In this document: positions 25,768-36,105 of the stretch, piece after piece
Numbering within the stretch: position 1 is the first letter of the stretch
Layout of the letters: every line of letters begins with the position of its first letter
Assembly: GCA_022813965.1 (NCBI GenBank)
Contig: JALDZS010000014.1
Location: 186,001 to 222,105 of the forward strand
Source: Toensbergia leucococca
Taxonomy: Eukaryota
Reading direction: 5' to 3'
DNA: 36,105 nucleotides
Notes under the pieces: model-generated
What the model saw: the letters and a program-made list of their open reading frames with translations, nothing else
Database searches by the model: none
Told to the model about the DNA's origin: nothing
Program-made: the position numbers and the translations under genes

Positions 25768-26620
25768 ATGGATGTCCAGCCAGTGTGAGTATTTTACTGC
25801 TTACCTACTATCCGTGTCGTTGACACTAACTAAGATGCTTTGCAGACCAGCTCAGCCATTTCAGTTCCTCAAGCTTTCTGCTGAGATCCGCAACCAGATC
25901 TACTCAATTCTGCTGGTTGATGAAAAGAGCTGCGTTGAGAACCCAAGGACAGTGCGTGATCACGATCAAATTGGTAACGTCAAGATACGTGAAGCTCACC
26001 CAGATCACTATGATCCAGCATGGTTTAGATCAAGCCATATGCGTTGGGAATGGATGTTCGACACTGAGCATGCGCTGACTACCTACGCTCATGAATACCC
26101 CGATGGGCGGCGTCTCCAGCTTCAGATATTCTTAGTGTGCCGTCAACTTTATACTGAAGCCTCAGTCATATTCTACACACGCAATCGATTCGTGGCTCTT
26201 GAGTTCGAAACTCTCCTGCCATTCCTGAAAGATAGGTCAACACGTGCGCGGAGTCTTATCAGATATGTCTCGATACCTAATTGCAGACAAGATGAAGTTG
26301 AAGCGTTCGATGATGAAACTGAACGCCATTTGCAAGAAGGTGATATCGACATTCTCATAAGACACCGAGAACAAACTTGGACCGCTACGTTCTCTTTCCT
26401 CGCTAGCCAGCGTGGTTGCCTTCCAGACCTCAAGCAATTGGATGTCCGTTATCCTTTCTCTGATGTCAACACCCTTCTTCCCGATATTTTCGACGCCCTC
26501 TCTCCCACCGAGAGGGAACTGAAGCATTTACTTTCTGTGGTAAATCCAGGCCAAATCACTATGTCTCACTACTATTGGCCTGAGACGCATGCCTCCTGGT
26601 CTTTCTGGTGGGTTATTTAG
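25768..26620 (+). CDS. F-box-like orphan protein
   Basis: ATG at 25768, intron 25785-25845 (GTGAGT...ACTAAC...GCAG) gives MDVQPVPAQPFQFLKLSAEIRNQIYSILL...LQIFLVCRQLYTEASVIFYTRNRF...LLPFL...RSLIRYVSI. Confidence 0.75.
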
Positions 26621-27619
26621 CCCACTTGGTAAAAATTCCATGAGAAAGATAAAGGAGCTTGGACTCGGACATGAAATTGAAGATATCAGTGATGAAGGAA
26701 CAGCAATCGGTATCAGAGCTATCCAGGATTCCGAATAATATCTCCCCCCTTTGGATTCCTGCGATTCGTGGATAGCAATCTGGTTTTGAGTAAGGTCCAG
26801 AATACCTGTAACTCCCACTGTCCTCAGCTAACGGAGAAAAGCTCAGGCGCCTAACCAAAAACCCAATCCGCAGCAGAATCCAAATCGATTCCAATCCACG
26901 TCATCACCAAACACAGCTTTTCAATCTTATGGATATCTCGCCTTTTTCAGCAAAACGACCAAGGGCTTTATGTACACAGGCTCGTGTAGTCGATCAAATA
27001 CACCACTCATCTCAAGAAACCCGCCCCCCAAAAAAGAGGGTCTCTTACGAAGTTCACGGACGGCGTCAGGCAATATTCACACAAGACACTTCCCCTAATT
27101 CCAGCTAGTTTCTTGCAAAAGTATGCAAGCTCGTTCTCCCAAAATTCAAAAAGTTCAGATGCTTTTCAAATCTTCCTGCAAAGCAGCAGCTTGGATTTCA
27201 AAAGAGTTTTTTGGACCCCCCCTTCGTCTGATAATCAAACACAGGGCCTTTTGCAAATAAATCGACCCCCACGCCCCCCATCTTTCTCTCAAGCATTCTC
27301 AAATCTCAAAACCCAGCTTCATTGAAAACCTCAAAGATTTAAAATGTGAGCACACCCTCGAAATTCGAATGAATTTTCCACTCTAGACAAACCCCCAGCT
27401 CACCACCTTTCCTTCAATCCACCTAATCTACCTAACCTATCAAATCCCACCCATTCCACCCCCCCCTCCCCCATCTAAGCCCCAAAGCCTTCCTTCCTAA
27501 CCCGCCACCCCACTCCCTCTGCTCCCCAAACCCCATTAAAAACCGAAAAGAAAAAACCCCCATCCTTCAAAACCCCCAACGAATAGCAAAGCATTCCCTG
27601 ACCTCGATTAATAAGCATT

Positions 27620-27646
27620 CTCCTCCTCCTCCTCCTCCTCCTCCTC
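27620..27646 (+). repeat. (CTC)9 microsatellite
   Basis: Nine perfect CTC units. Confidence 0.9.
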
Positions 27647-27851
27647 CCCTCCTTCACGCCCTCCAACCCCCCGCGCATCATCACGATCTCCAACCACCCC
27701 TCCCTCTACCTATTTGTTCTTCTCCAGGTGGATGGACTTATGCGACAAAAGGCTCACCAAAAGGGCCGCGGAGGGGGGGAAATGGGGTTGGTTTGAATCC
27801 AAAGCTTGTGCTGTCAAGAACAGGTTGAAAAGGAGAGGGGAGGATGTAGAG

Positions 27852-27959
27852 GAGGAAGAGGAAGAGGAAGAGGAAGAGGAAGAGGAAGAGGAAGAGGAAG
27901 AGGAAGAGGAAGAGGAAGAGGAAGAGGAAGAGGAAGAGGAAGAGGAAGAGGAAGAGGAA
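27852..27959 (+). repeat. (GAGGAA)18 microsatellite, pure polypurine tract
   Basis: 108 nt of perfect GAGGAA repeats. Confidence 0.95.
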
Positions 27960-28825
27960 GAAAAAGAAGGAGTCGGGGAAGTAGTACACGATCTGGAAGG
28001 AGTTCAACATCCCATTTATTTCCTTTCCAAAAAAAAAAAGAAACTTCCCCTTCTGTGGTCGGAAAGAGACGAACCGCTCCCCTCCTTCTGAACCTCTCTC
28101 GTTCAAGTAGAAGGGAGGTGAGGGAAGCTTTTGCTTTTTCGTCCTCTACGAAAGCGGGGTGGAGGGAGATGGGCATGAAGATGGAGAGGTGTGGGCAAAA
28201 AGGGGAATCTTTTCGAGGGGAGAGGTAAATGCTCCGTTGAGATTTGGTTGGTTTGGATAGAAGTTTGTTTTTTCGTGGGCCTAAGCTACCTATCTACCAT
28301 AACTGTTTTGCAAACGCAATTCCCTTTTTCTCTCTACGCGTGAGCATTCCATCCTCTCAAGCCATCAAAATGCCATGATTCTCTCCTCCTATGGTTTTAA
28401 TTTCCGAAAAGAATAAATCATAGAACATAAAAATGCAAGTATTCGTACAATGGATATTTTTGGTTCATCTCTTTCTTCTCCTCGTCCAAGTCATAAGGGA
28501 TCGTGTGTATATAATATAAGTCTGTTTGTCTTTTCCTTTCTAGAGAGCGAATCCCTCGAATGAATGCCGAAATTGGAAAATAATGCTTCATTCTACATTA
28601 GGCCCCAGGCTAAATGCGTATCAATGCCAACAGAAGCGGTTGGTGAGAAGACCTAGATATCCGATCGCGGCGCTAAAGGAGGTAAAATGCAACGGGAAGG
28701 ACATGATGGTGACGGTGTATTTTTGACACAAAAGTTGAAGAGAGAAGCATAGAGTGGTGGGTTCGTTGAGGCAAACTTATTGATACGGATGTATAGGCCG
28801 TTTGACGTTGCTTGTCGCATCAAGA

Positions 28826-29462
28826 TTATTTCTTCGCTCTGCTGGAAGTGAGATCCGTCCGGGACATGCTTCGGGTAAGACCACCAATGTAATCTTGCAA
28901 GGCCAAATTTTGTTTTTCCAGCTTATCGTGGTCCATTTTGACGTTTTCAATCCTCTCCACTAGAGCACTTAGACCAGATTGTAGAGTTCGCGCATGTCTG
29001 TCATAAACAATTAGTACATCTTTTCCCGAGAAATATTCATGTAGGCTCGGTGCAATGCAAAACGTACTCATGGATAGCAGTCCTGGTGTCCTCGCCGAGC
29101 TTTTCCGTCTCAGTACTGTTACGGCGGGGACTCATAGCCCGAGCATCACCGGGTGGATAAGGCTCATCTCGAGTTTCGACTGGGGAATGATCGCGGGGGA
29201 TAATATTTGTGCCACTGGACTTGCGGGTAGTGGCTTTGGGGCGCGGGAGTGATAGACGAACTATTCGTCCCCGTTTCTTCTCGTCGTTGTCGTTTTCAGA
29301 TGAGGAGGTGGAGGATGAGGTGGATTCGGTACTGTGAAGGGATTGCCCGACTGTTGGTCTGATGATTGCGGAGGGGTTGGCGATTGAGGGGAGTGGGCTG
29401 GTGTCGGAGGAGACGACAGAGGACGCCATTGCGGGAACTGTACTGAAGAGCTGTGATGACAT
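28826..29462 (-). CDS. Short coiled-coil protein, SCOCO/Slo1-like
   Basis: Exons 29462 (or 29429)-29068 and 28997-28826, intron GTACGT...ACTAAT...ACAG. Motif DARAMSPRRNS and C-terminal coiled coil LQSGLSALVERIENVKMDHDKLEKQNLALQDYIGGL. Confidence 0.75.
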
Positions 29463-30299
29463 ATGTGGGGAAATTGGGACACGACGTCGAAGGGTGATGT
29501 GTGAGCTTTTATCAAGCCTGACGATAGAGTAGATTGTTGCTTTCAGAACAAAAGACTGATGGTAGTGGAGAGATATCGTTGCTTGCAGAGGCAAACATGC
29601 AAGGTGGAAGGCGACGGGGCAGTGGATTTAAGACTTGCGTCGTGCTCGTGATTCAAATTAGAGAAGTCTAACAAACGGTCAAGACAATTAAAAGGATGCC
29701 ACATAGTTCTAGGTAAGGCACCTTACCTAGTAGTCTCTCCACACTTTGGCAGCAGCAATACCTTACTCTTATGTTCTTACCTTACCATATGTAGACTAGC
29801 GCTGTCAGAGTTGGGCTTTCATCGTCACTTCGTCAGGATCAGCCGATCTGCATGACATGAGCTGCCGTATGACGTAGAGCTCGGATGAATTGAACCAATT
29901 GCACGTGTTGCCTCTGTCCTCTTTAATGATACGACATAGCCAACAGCCGTGACCGGTCATACCTATTCTTGATAGCATCGACTTTGCACTACTACGACGA
30001 TGAGTACATTTGACAACGCCTCGGTCCATTTGCCTCTACATCACTAGTATTCGTTCCATCGAGGTATATGGCAGCTTTGTCACTCACCGTGTCACTTTAC
30101 ACTCCCATGGCTTCTGAGACGGGTCATACAACATGCCAATTGTGTCCGAATCACCTTTTCTGCACCACACCCCGAAGACCTGCTGATCTTGAACAAACAT
30201 GACCCAATGAATGAATACTTCGAACCCTGATCTCTTATCTACTATCACTTCTGCATATTAACACATCCAATTCAAACATCGAAGATCCACACAATGTAT

Positions 30300-30730
30300 C
30301 TAACCCCACAGCCCACCAATCGCTGGAACCCCTATGAATCTAAGGTTCACCTTCTTGACACTGCCCGCCCCTGTATATTGTCCTGCAACAGGCCAGGTCT
30401 CTCTAGGTCGCTCTGATCCACTTAGAATCAGCCTATCGAGGCTTATCGATTCCGTCCTTGTCTCTACAATGACATCGGTCTCTTGGACACCAAGTGATGT
30501 TGAAGTGCCCGAGACATTTATGGCGGAACCCGGGGTCAAAGTCTGACCTCCAATGATAAATTCCCCAGCTGTATTAGCCGTATATTGACGATCCAATCCT
30601 GATAAATGCCGCCCAACGTATCAGACCACTTGTATTCAACCCCCTCTGTCCTGCTACTGATGATAATATCCGTCTCTTGCGCTCTGAGAGAAATCGGTAT
30701 TCCTGAAACAGTATTCACAGAACCAGGCAT
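30300..30730 (-). pseudogene. Relic of a cell-surface repeat protein (GQTLTPG...VSGTPISL type) with a possible GPI-type tail
   Basis: Two homologous repeat units in different frames: LMPGSVNTVSGIPISLRAQETDIIISSRTE and FIIGGQTLTPGSAINVSGTSTSLGVQETDVIVETRTE. These are followed by YTGAG and a short hydrophobic C-terminus. No signal peptide or continuous ORF. Confidence 0.6.
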
Positions 30731-31028
30731 CAACAGGCAGACAAGGCACTTGATACTGCCCGTAATACAGGTATCTACCGCCGGGATTGCTGATGAACAG
30801 GGGAATGTTCCCAACAGGCATACTTTCATTGGTGACAGCTAGGATCGTTGATAAGTCAGCTCCGTCAAGGCCTGGAGGCTGTGGCATGGAAGGCCGTTAC
30901 AACCCGTTGGCGGCAATCCACGTTCTGATTAGGAACACCGGGTTGCTGCCGTGAGATGAACCGGGCGAGATGCGATGACTCGGAGGTTTCCTTTCACTGA
31001 ACGTGAATTATCCTGGGTTGCGGGACAT

Positions 31029-31154
31029 ATCACTCGTATTGTCATTCACCTTCCTCATATCATCGCCCAACTTCCTCATATCATCGCCCAACTTCCTCAT
31101 ATCATCACCCACCTTCCTCGTATCGTCGCTCATCTTACTTGTGTTATCATTCAG
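31029..31154 (+). repeat. 21-bp minisatellite, about six copies (four well conserved)
   Basis: CTTCCTCATATCATCGCCCAA x2 (31050-31091), CTTCCTCATATCATCACCCAC, CTTCCTCGTATCGTCGCTCAT, with degenerate flanking units. Confidence 0.9.
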
Positions 31155-31163
31155 CTCTTTCAC

Positions 31164-32127
31164 ATGGCGTCTTTCAGCGGGGCTTCAACTCCCGCTTCAA
31201 ACCAGTTCACGATCAATTTTCAGGATTGCATCAATCAACTGATCACCCTTAGAGACTCTGATCTGTTGCCCGTGAGAGACTCTGAGGTCTCAGCTATTTG
31301 CCTTTTTCTGCAAGAAGTGGTAGCCATCATTTACCGGTTTCAAGCTCATTCTCAGACTCACCCGCAAATCCCGGCCACCATATCCATATATCCTAACGAG
31401 ATCAGCTACGTCTCCGCAGCGGACGCCAATCGGCAACTGACTCTCACCCATGAGAGGCAAAGTGCGGCCGGTGTTGTGCAAGAATCTCCGGAGGAACTGA
31501 AAAGTCACATTCGGGACGCCGGCAAGCTAAACATTGCATGCTCTCATTTCTACAAAGCAAAAGCCATCAACCTTTTTCTGTTCCGCGCCTCTCCTCCCCT
31601 GAACTTCATGGCCGCCAAAAGGGATGGATGGTTTGATGGGCTGCAGGGTAGCGATGCTGAATGGGAGGTTCTGTACCACAACCGAACCGTTCCCTATCGC
31701 TCTCTGGCTGTCAAAATTACGGAGCATGTGGTCAGTTGACGAACCCTCCCCTCCTTTCTTCAGCAATTTTTCATTGCCCTTCAGTCTTCTAAATCAGTCC
31801 CTTCTTTTCAATCAGATGTGGATATATGATCCAGCATACGATCCCAAGGGCCCACCTGTGTTCGATGCCTCGGATCCTTCCCGACCCAAAAGATTAGGAA
31901 TCATCTCTGGATGGGCGATGCCCAGAGCATTGTTAACTCTCATCAAGAACAAAGGGTGTGCCAAAGTGAAGACAGTGATGGTTGGTGGAGGAAACAACCC
32001 GGATGGAGAGGGTCGACGCATGTCATGTCAATGGGTTATCAACGAGGTCATGAAGATCATGAATCCGGACGCGCCGGAGCTGAAGGAAATTGTCGCAGAG
32101 CATGCCTGGCACGAAGTCCCCCGTTAA
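31164..32127 (+). CDS. Uncharacterised two-exon protein, possible degenerate cysteine-protease-like fold
   Basis: ORFs 30975..31739 and 31624..32127 join in phase 0 through intron 31731-31815 (GTCAGT...CTAAA...pyrimidine tract...TCAG), giving ...AVKITEHVMWIYDPAY...VKTVMVGGGNNPDGEGRRMSCQWVINE. Start is 31164 or the in-frame ATG at 30975. Confidence 0.65.
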
Positions 32128-32754
32128 CTTTTGGATATAGAATGTCACGGCCATGGATACACACTTGTGGAGCGCCGAGAGCGAGGGCACTAAACAGCTG
32201 AACAATGACTAGAAAAGAATGATAGGGCGACCATAGCAGGAGAATATCATGGCTGGTCAATGGCCTGCAATCGAACAACGCTGGTGGCCAAGAGGACTGT
32301 ACGTAGCCAAGGGAATTGTACGCAAGTCACAGACACGATTGCACAGCATCCGATTCATGTTCAGGAAAGACGGGATAACGAGAAGAGGAAAGAAGTAATA
32401 AAGGTGAGGTAGATATCTTACAAGTAGGATGACATTGTGATTCAGAAAATGCTACACCGTGATGGAGTGGCACTATCGATTGTGGCAGACGAGAACTGCA
32501 TTCAAGCCGGCTAGGTCGCTGAACGAGGAGTAGTTCTATCGTTGGCAGTGCGGAACAATAGGTAGTCATGCAGTCATGCAGCTTCCAAGTACTGAGTACT
32601 TTTGACTCGTACACAATGTTGGGTTGGGAAGCCACTCCAGCCCAAGGAAGCCGAGAGAAGATGAGGAGGAAGCCGCCAATCTATTGGTTGGCTAGGCCAC
32701 TCTCATATCGTCAATAGAATAATGCTCTTGATGTACCTATCCTCTATCACACAG

Positions 32755-32967
32755 AGAAATATCATGATTTTGCATCACATTTTGACTCAGCTCCTCACCT
32801 GTTTTGCGTACATACACCTCAATATTTTGTTCTAGTAAGAAACAGTAGCACCCATTCTAGGTAGGGAAACATCGCGACTTCACACCATTTTGACTTGGTT
32901 CTTCACCCCGCTCGGGCGCAGTCATAGGCAGAAATCATGATTTTACATCACATATTGAATTGACTCA
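32755..32967 (+). repeat. Pair of ~35-38 bp imperfect direct repeats, each ending in TGACTCA
   Basis: AGAAATATCATGATTTTGCATCACATTTTGACTCA (32755-32789) and AGAAATCATGATTTTACATCACATATTGAATTGACTCA (32930-32967). Confidence 0.75.
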
Positions 32968-33664
32968 CTATCTAGGCTGAGTAAAACCTGAAGGGCTGAA
33001 ACAGTCCAACATCCACAGGTGAAGGAGTAGGGTGGTGAATGATAAGGTGCAGATGAAACGCATCAATATTACGCCAGGGGAAGGGGTGGTGGTGGAGAAT
33101 GAAAATGCGATATGAAATCGGGGCCTTTCCCTATTATAGACGAAACCGCCTCCCATTGGCACGCAATTGCGGAGAAAAGTGGCATGCAATGAAGGTGAAG
33201 AAATCAAGTCAAAATATGAGCGACATGATAAGGCAGTCAATGATCATGCAGGTGCCTGATCATCAGTACCTTTAGTAGTCTCCTAGTATGCCTTGAGGAT
33301 CCTCAGCCTCACTCTTTTCTTCCATCTCTCCGTGCCTTCAGCCCCTCACGTTTGACTCTTCAGCTTCAGCTTCAGGGTACCCAACCTGCCAGTCATAGGG
33401 TTAGGCCAGAAATCTATTTCTTTCACCGGTGTCACTTAAGTGAGAATTTGCGGGTCAGCCCTATGAGTGGCCGGTTGGGGTAAGCCCTTCTAAGTTAGGG
33501 CACATAAGGATGTAAAATGTAGTCTGGCACGTCTGGATCACTTTCCGTGCCGCAAGGCTAGAGTTACTCTACCAGAACATTTTACCGCTGGGAAATTAGA
33601 CGGTAGAATCTCCTCAGCAATGATCTTCCAAAACCTCGTGTTTTGGTAGATAGTCGTGGCCATC

Positions 33665-35641
33665 ATGAGCTCTCTAAGCTGTCTCTTCACTCTTTGCTTC
33701 TTTATCATCTCTCTGGTCGCTGTTGACGCAAATACAACAGTCCCAGCCCCTATATCAATCCCCCCGAGTGAAGGCTGGTACGTGTTGACCTCTATCCAAC
33801 GTGAAACATCTTATTAATCTCGTGGCAGGAATGGTAACGACGGGCCTTGGTCGACCTTTACCGTGCGAGTGGGCACTCCCGCACAAGACGTTGAGATCTT
33901 GATCTCCACAACCAGTCAGGAAACCTTGGTCGTCCTGCCCGAGGGCTGCCTATCCAGTGATCCTAGTAATTGCGGTAGTCTTCGCGGTAACGAGTTCATC
34001 ATCAATTCCTCTACCACCTGGGCTTACAACGGCCTATTTGCCCTCACCATTGATGCCAATCTCGACTATTCTGGCAATGCCGAGTACGGCTTCGACACCG
34101 TCGCCTTGGGCTGGCAGGGCGGTAGTGGAGGGCCAAGCTTGAAACACCAGATCGTAGGTGGGATTGCGGCCAAGGATTACTTTCTCGGCCTCTTCGGGCT
34201 TACACCAAGGCCAACAAATTTCACCACCTTTGATGATCCTCAAACCAGCTTCATTCACAATCTGAGAAACCAATCATTGATACCGAGTAACACTTACGGC
34301 TATACTGCTGGTGCTCAGTACAGTAAATTGTCCACGTTGCTTAGGCTACAAAAGCACCGCTAACAGGGCTTAGTGCTCAAAGGAGTTTTTGGTAGCTTGA
34401 CACTTGGAGGATACGATACATCGCGTTTTACGCCAAACGATGTTATTTTCACCTTTGACGAGGATATTTCCAAGGATCTTACCGTTGCGATTCAATCCAT
34501 CCAGATGTCCGCCGGGGGCAAGACGACATCACTTCTTTCTTCAGGCATCAATAGCTTTATCGACACGTCCGCACCTCACATCTGGCTTCCACTCGAGGTT
34601 TGCCAGGCATTCGAAAGTGCTTTTGGTTTAACTTATGATAATGACACCGATTTATATCTTGTCAACAGCACTTTACATACAACTTTGGTCACCCAAAACG
34701 CCAGCGTCTCCTTTCAACTCAGCAACACTATCAACGGAGGGCCAACCACGACTATCGTATTGCCCTATGCAAGCTTCGATCTCGAGGTCAGCTGGCCCAT
34801 CGTCGAGAACGCAACTAAGTACTTCCCGATCCGTAGAGCGTCAAATGAAACGCAATATACCCTGGGCCGGACTTTCCTACAAGAAGCATACTTGATAGCA
34901 GACTACGATCGAAATAATTTTTCTGTTTCCCAATGTGTCTTTGACGATTCCCCTGAGCACATTGTCGCCATCGAACCTCCTGGCGAAATTACATCTAATA
35001 CCACTTCCAACGGTACAACTACGCCCACAACCACACCCAAATCCAGTTCACTCAGTGGGGGTGCGATTGGTGGCGTCGTTGCTGGTTCAGTCATTGCCCT
35101 CATTGCCGTCGCTCTTTTGATATACTTCTTCGTTATTAAGCCACGCCGCTCCAAGACGGAAGATTCCCATCCCGACACCGCGGAGATCGAAGGCGACAAA
35201 ATTCACCCTCAGCAACTCGACGACAATGAAGTCTTCAGCAAGAAGGGCCACGAGCTTGACGCAGAAGACAGCCAATATGCCGGCCACGAGCTCTTCGGCA
35301 AAGCAATCCCAAGTCCTACACATGAACTTGGTGGAGATCTTCCAAGCCCAGGTCACATATTCGAGATGCCCGGAAGTACTCCTGGGGCACATGAGTTAGA
35401 ATCACCCGGAACGCCTGCTTTGTCGGAAGTGTGGTCGGGAGGTGGGACTGGGTCAGGAACGGGGACGGGGACTGGGACTGGGACCGGGACCGGGACTTTA
35501 GAATCAATGGAAGGCTCAACAATTGTTGGGACCGAGAGGTCCGAACCGGGGGATAATGAGTATCCTGAAGACAAACCACGACGGCCGTTCCGGGAAGCTA
35601 GTGGTGGCGGGAGAAGACCCAGATACAGAATGGCAGAATGA
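33665..35641 (+). CDS. Type I membrane pepsin-family (A1) aspartic protease homolog, first catalytic Asp absent
   Basis: Signal peptide MSSLSCLFTLCFFIISLVAVDA. Exons 33665-33777, 33829-34322, 34374-35641. Motifs WNGNDGPWSTF, VGTPAQ, GSLTLGGYD, FIDTSAPHIWLP, YTLGRTFLQEAYLIADYD, then an S/T stalk, TM helix (about 35060-35137) and cytoplasmic tail. Confidence 0.9.
35462..35497 (+). repeat. (GGGACN)6 coding repeat giving a Gly-Thr run
   Basis: GGGACG GGGACT GGGACT GGGACC GGGACC GGGACT. Confidence 0.85.
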
Positions 35642-36105
35642 TTGAAATAATCGCAACCCTGCTACTGAAAGAAGCCACACGGCGTACAGCCGACGCTGGG
35701 TGTTGGAAATCGACCGTCAGGCCCTTGATGATTAACATTTGGCAAGCGGCGGTCGATTTTCACATTCAACATCGCATGGAATTGTATGGTCCTTTCGAAG
35801 TTGCGCCGGGACACACCGTACAGGTCATGAAGAACGTTTGAATCGACAACAGAACGCACTTTTTCCCCATGCATGGCATGCTTAGCTCTGCTCTGGTCAG
35901 GACGGACAAAGACCCATCCCAACAAAGCAGCCAAAGACCAATATCCCGCACCTCGAACGTCGGGGACGAAATAAAAACAGTTCCCAACAGATTGCCTAAA
36001 GCAATTTTCCCCATTTCTCACACCTGAATTGCGAACCTTTACTCTCACACCAGAGATGCAATACGCCTTCCCACCGCCTTCCTCCCAACCCAACAATCCT
36101 TTTGC

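Noticed and set aside
27714..28228. Poly-E, poly-GR, poly-FL and poly-LP ORFs
   Set aside because: All arise from the stop-free (GAGGAA)18 microsatellite; flanks are not protein-like.

Overview
Eukaryotic, intron-rich DNA from a filamentous ascomycete (Pezizomycotina; GT-AG introns mostly 48-99 nt with CTAAC/CTGAC-type branch sites). The conserved backbone is: Ran GTPase (5'-truncated by the window edge), Uls1/Ris1-like SNF2-RING ATPase, group III hybrid histidine kinase (NIK1/OS-1), DUF5102/Laa2-like protein, nucleoporin Nsp1, mitochondrial F1-ATPase inhibitor (4 exons, not recovered as a proper ORF in the track), 14-3-3 and a SCOCO/Slo1-like coiled-coil protein. Accessory-looking intervals lie between these (about 1-6.9 kb, 25.4-28.3 kb, 30-36 kb). 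They hold a pseudogene with a frameshift plus a premature TGA, two F-box-like orphan genes, a relic cell-surface repeat gene, an orphan that may be a degenerate cysteine protease, and a membrane-anchored aspartic protease homolog lacking its first catalytic Asp. Non-coding signals: C/T-rich to G-rich switches with G4 motifs in both long convergent intergenic regions, recurrent AGGTAAG/CTTACCT motifs including perfect palindromes, two minisatellites sharing a CTTCCTCRT core upstream of orphan genes, and a long 14-3-3 5'UTR intron with weak C/D snoRNA features. No tRNA, rRNA, CRISPR array or intact transposon was found. Gene models were spliced by hand and family calls are from motif recognition, not database searches. 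I found no single clearly novel system; the findings are leads.
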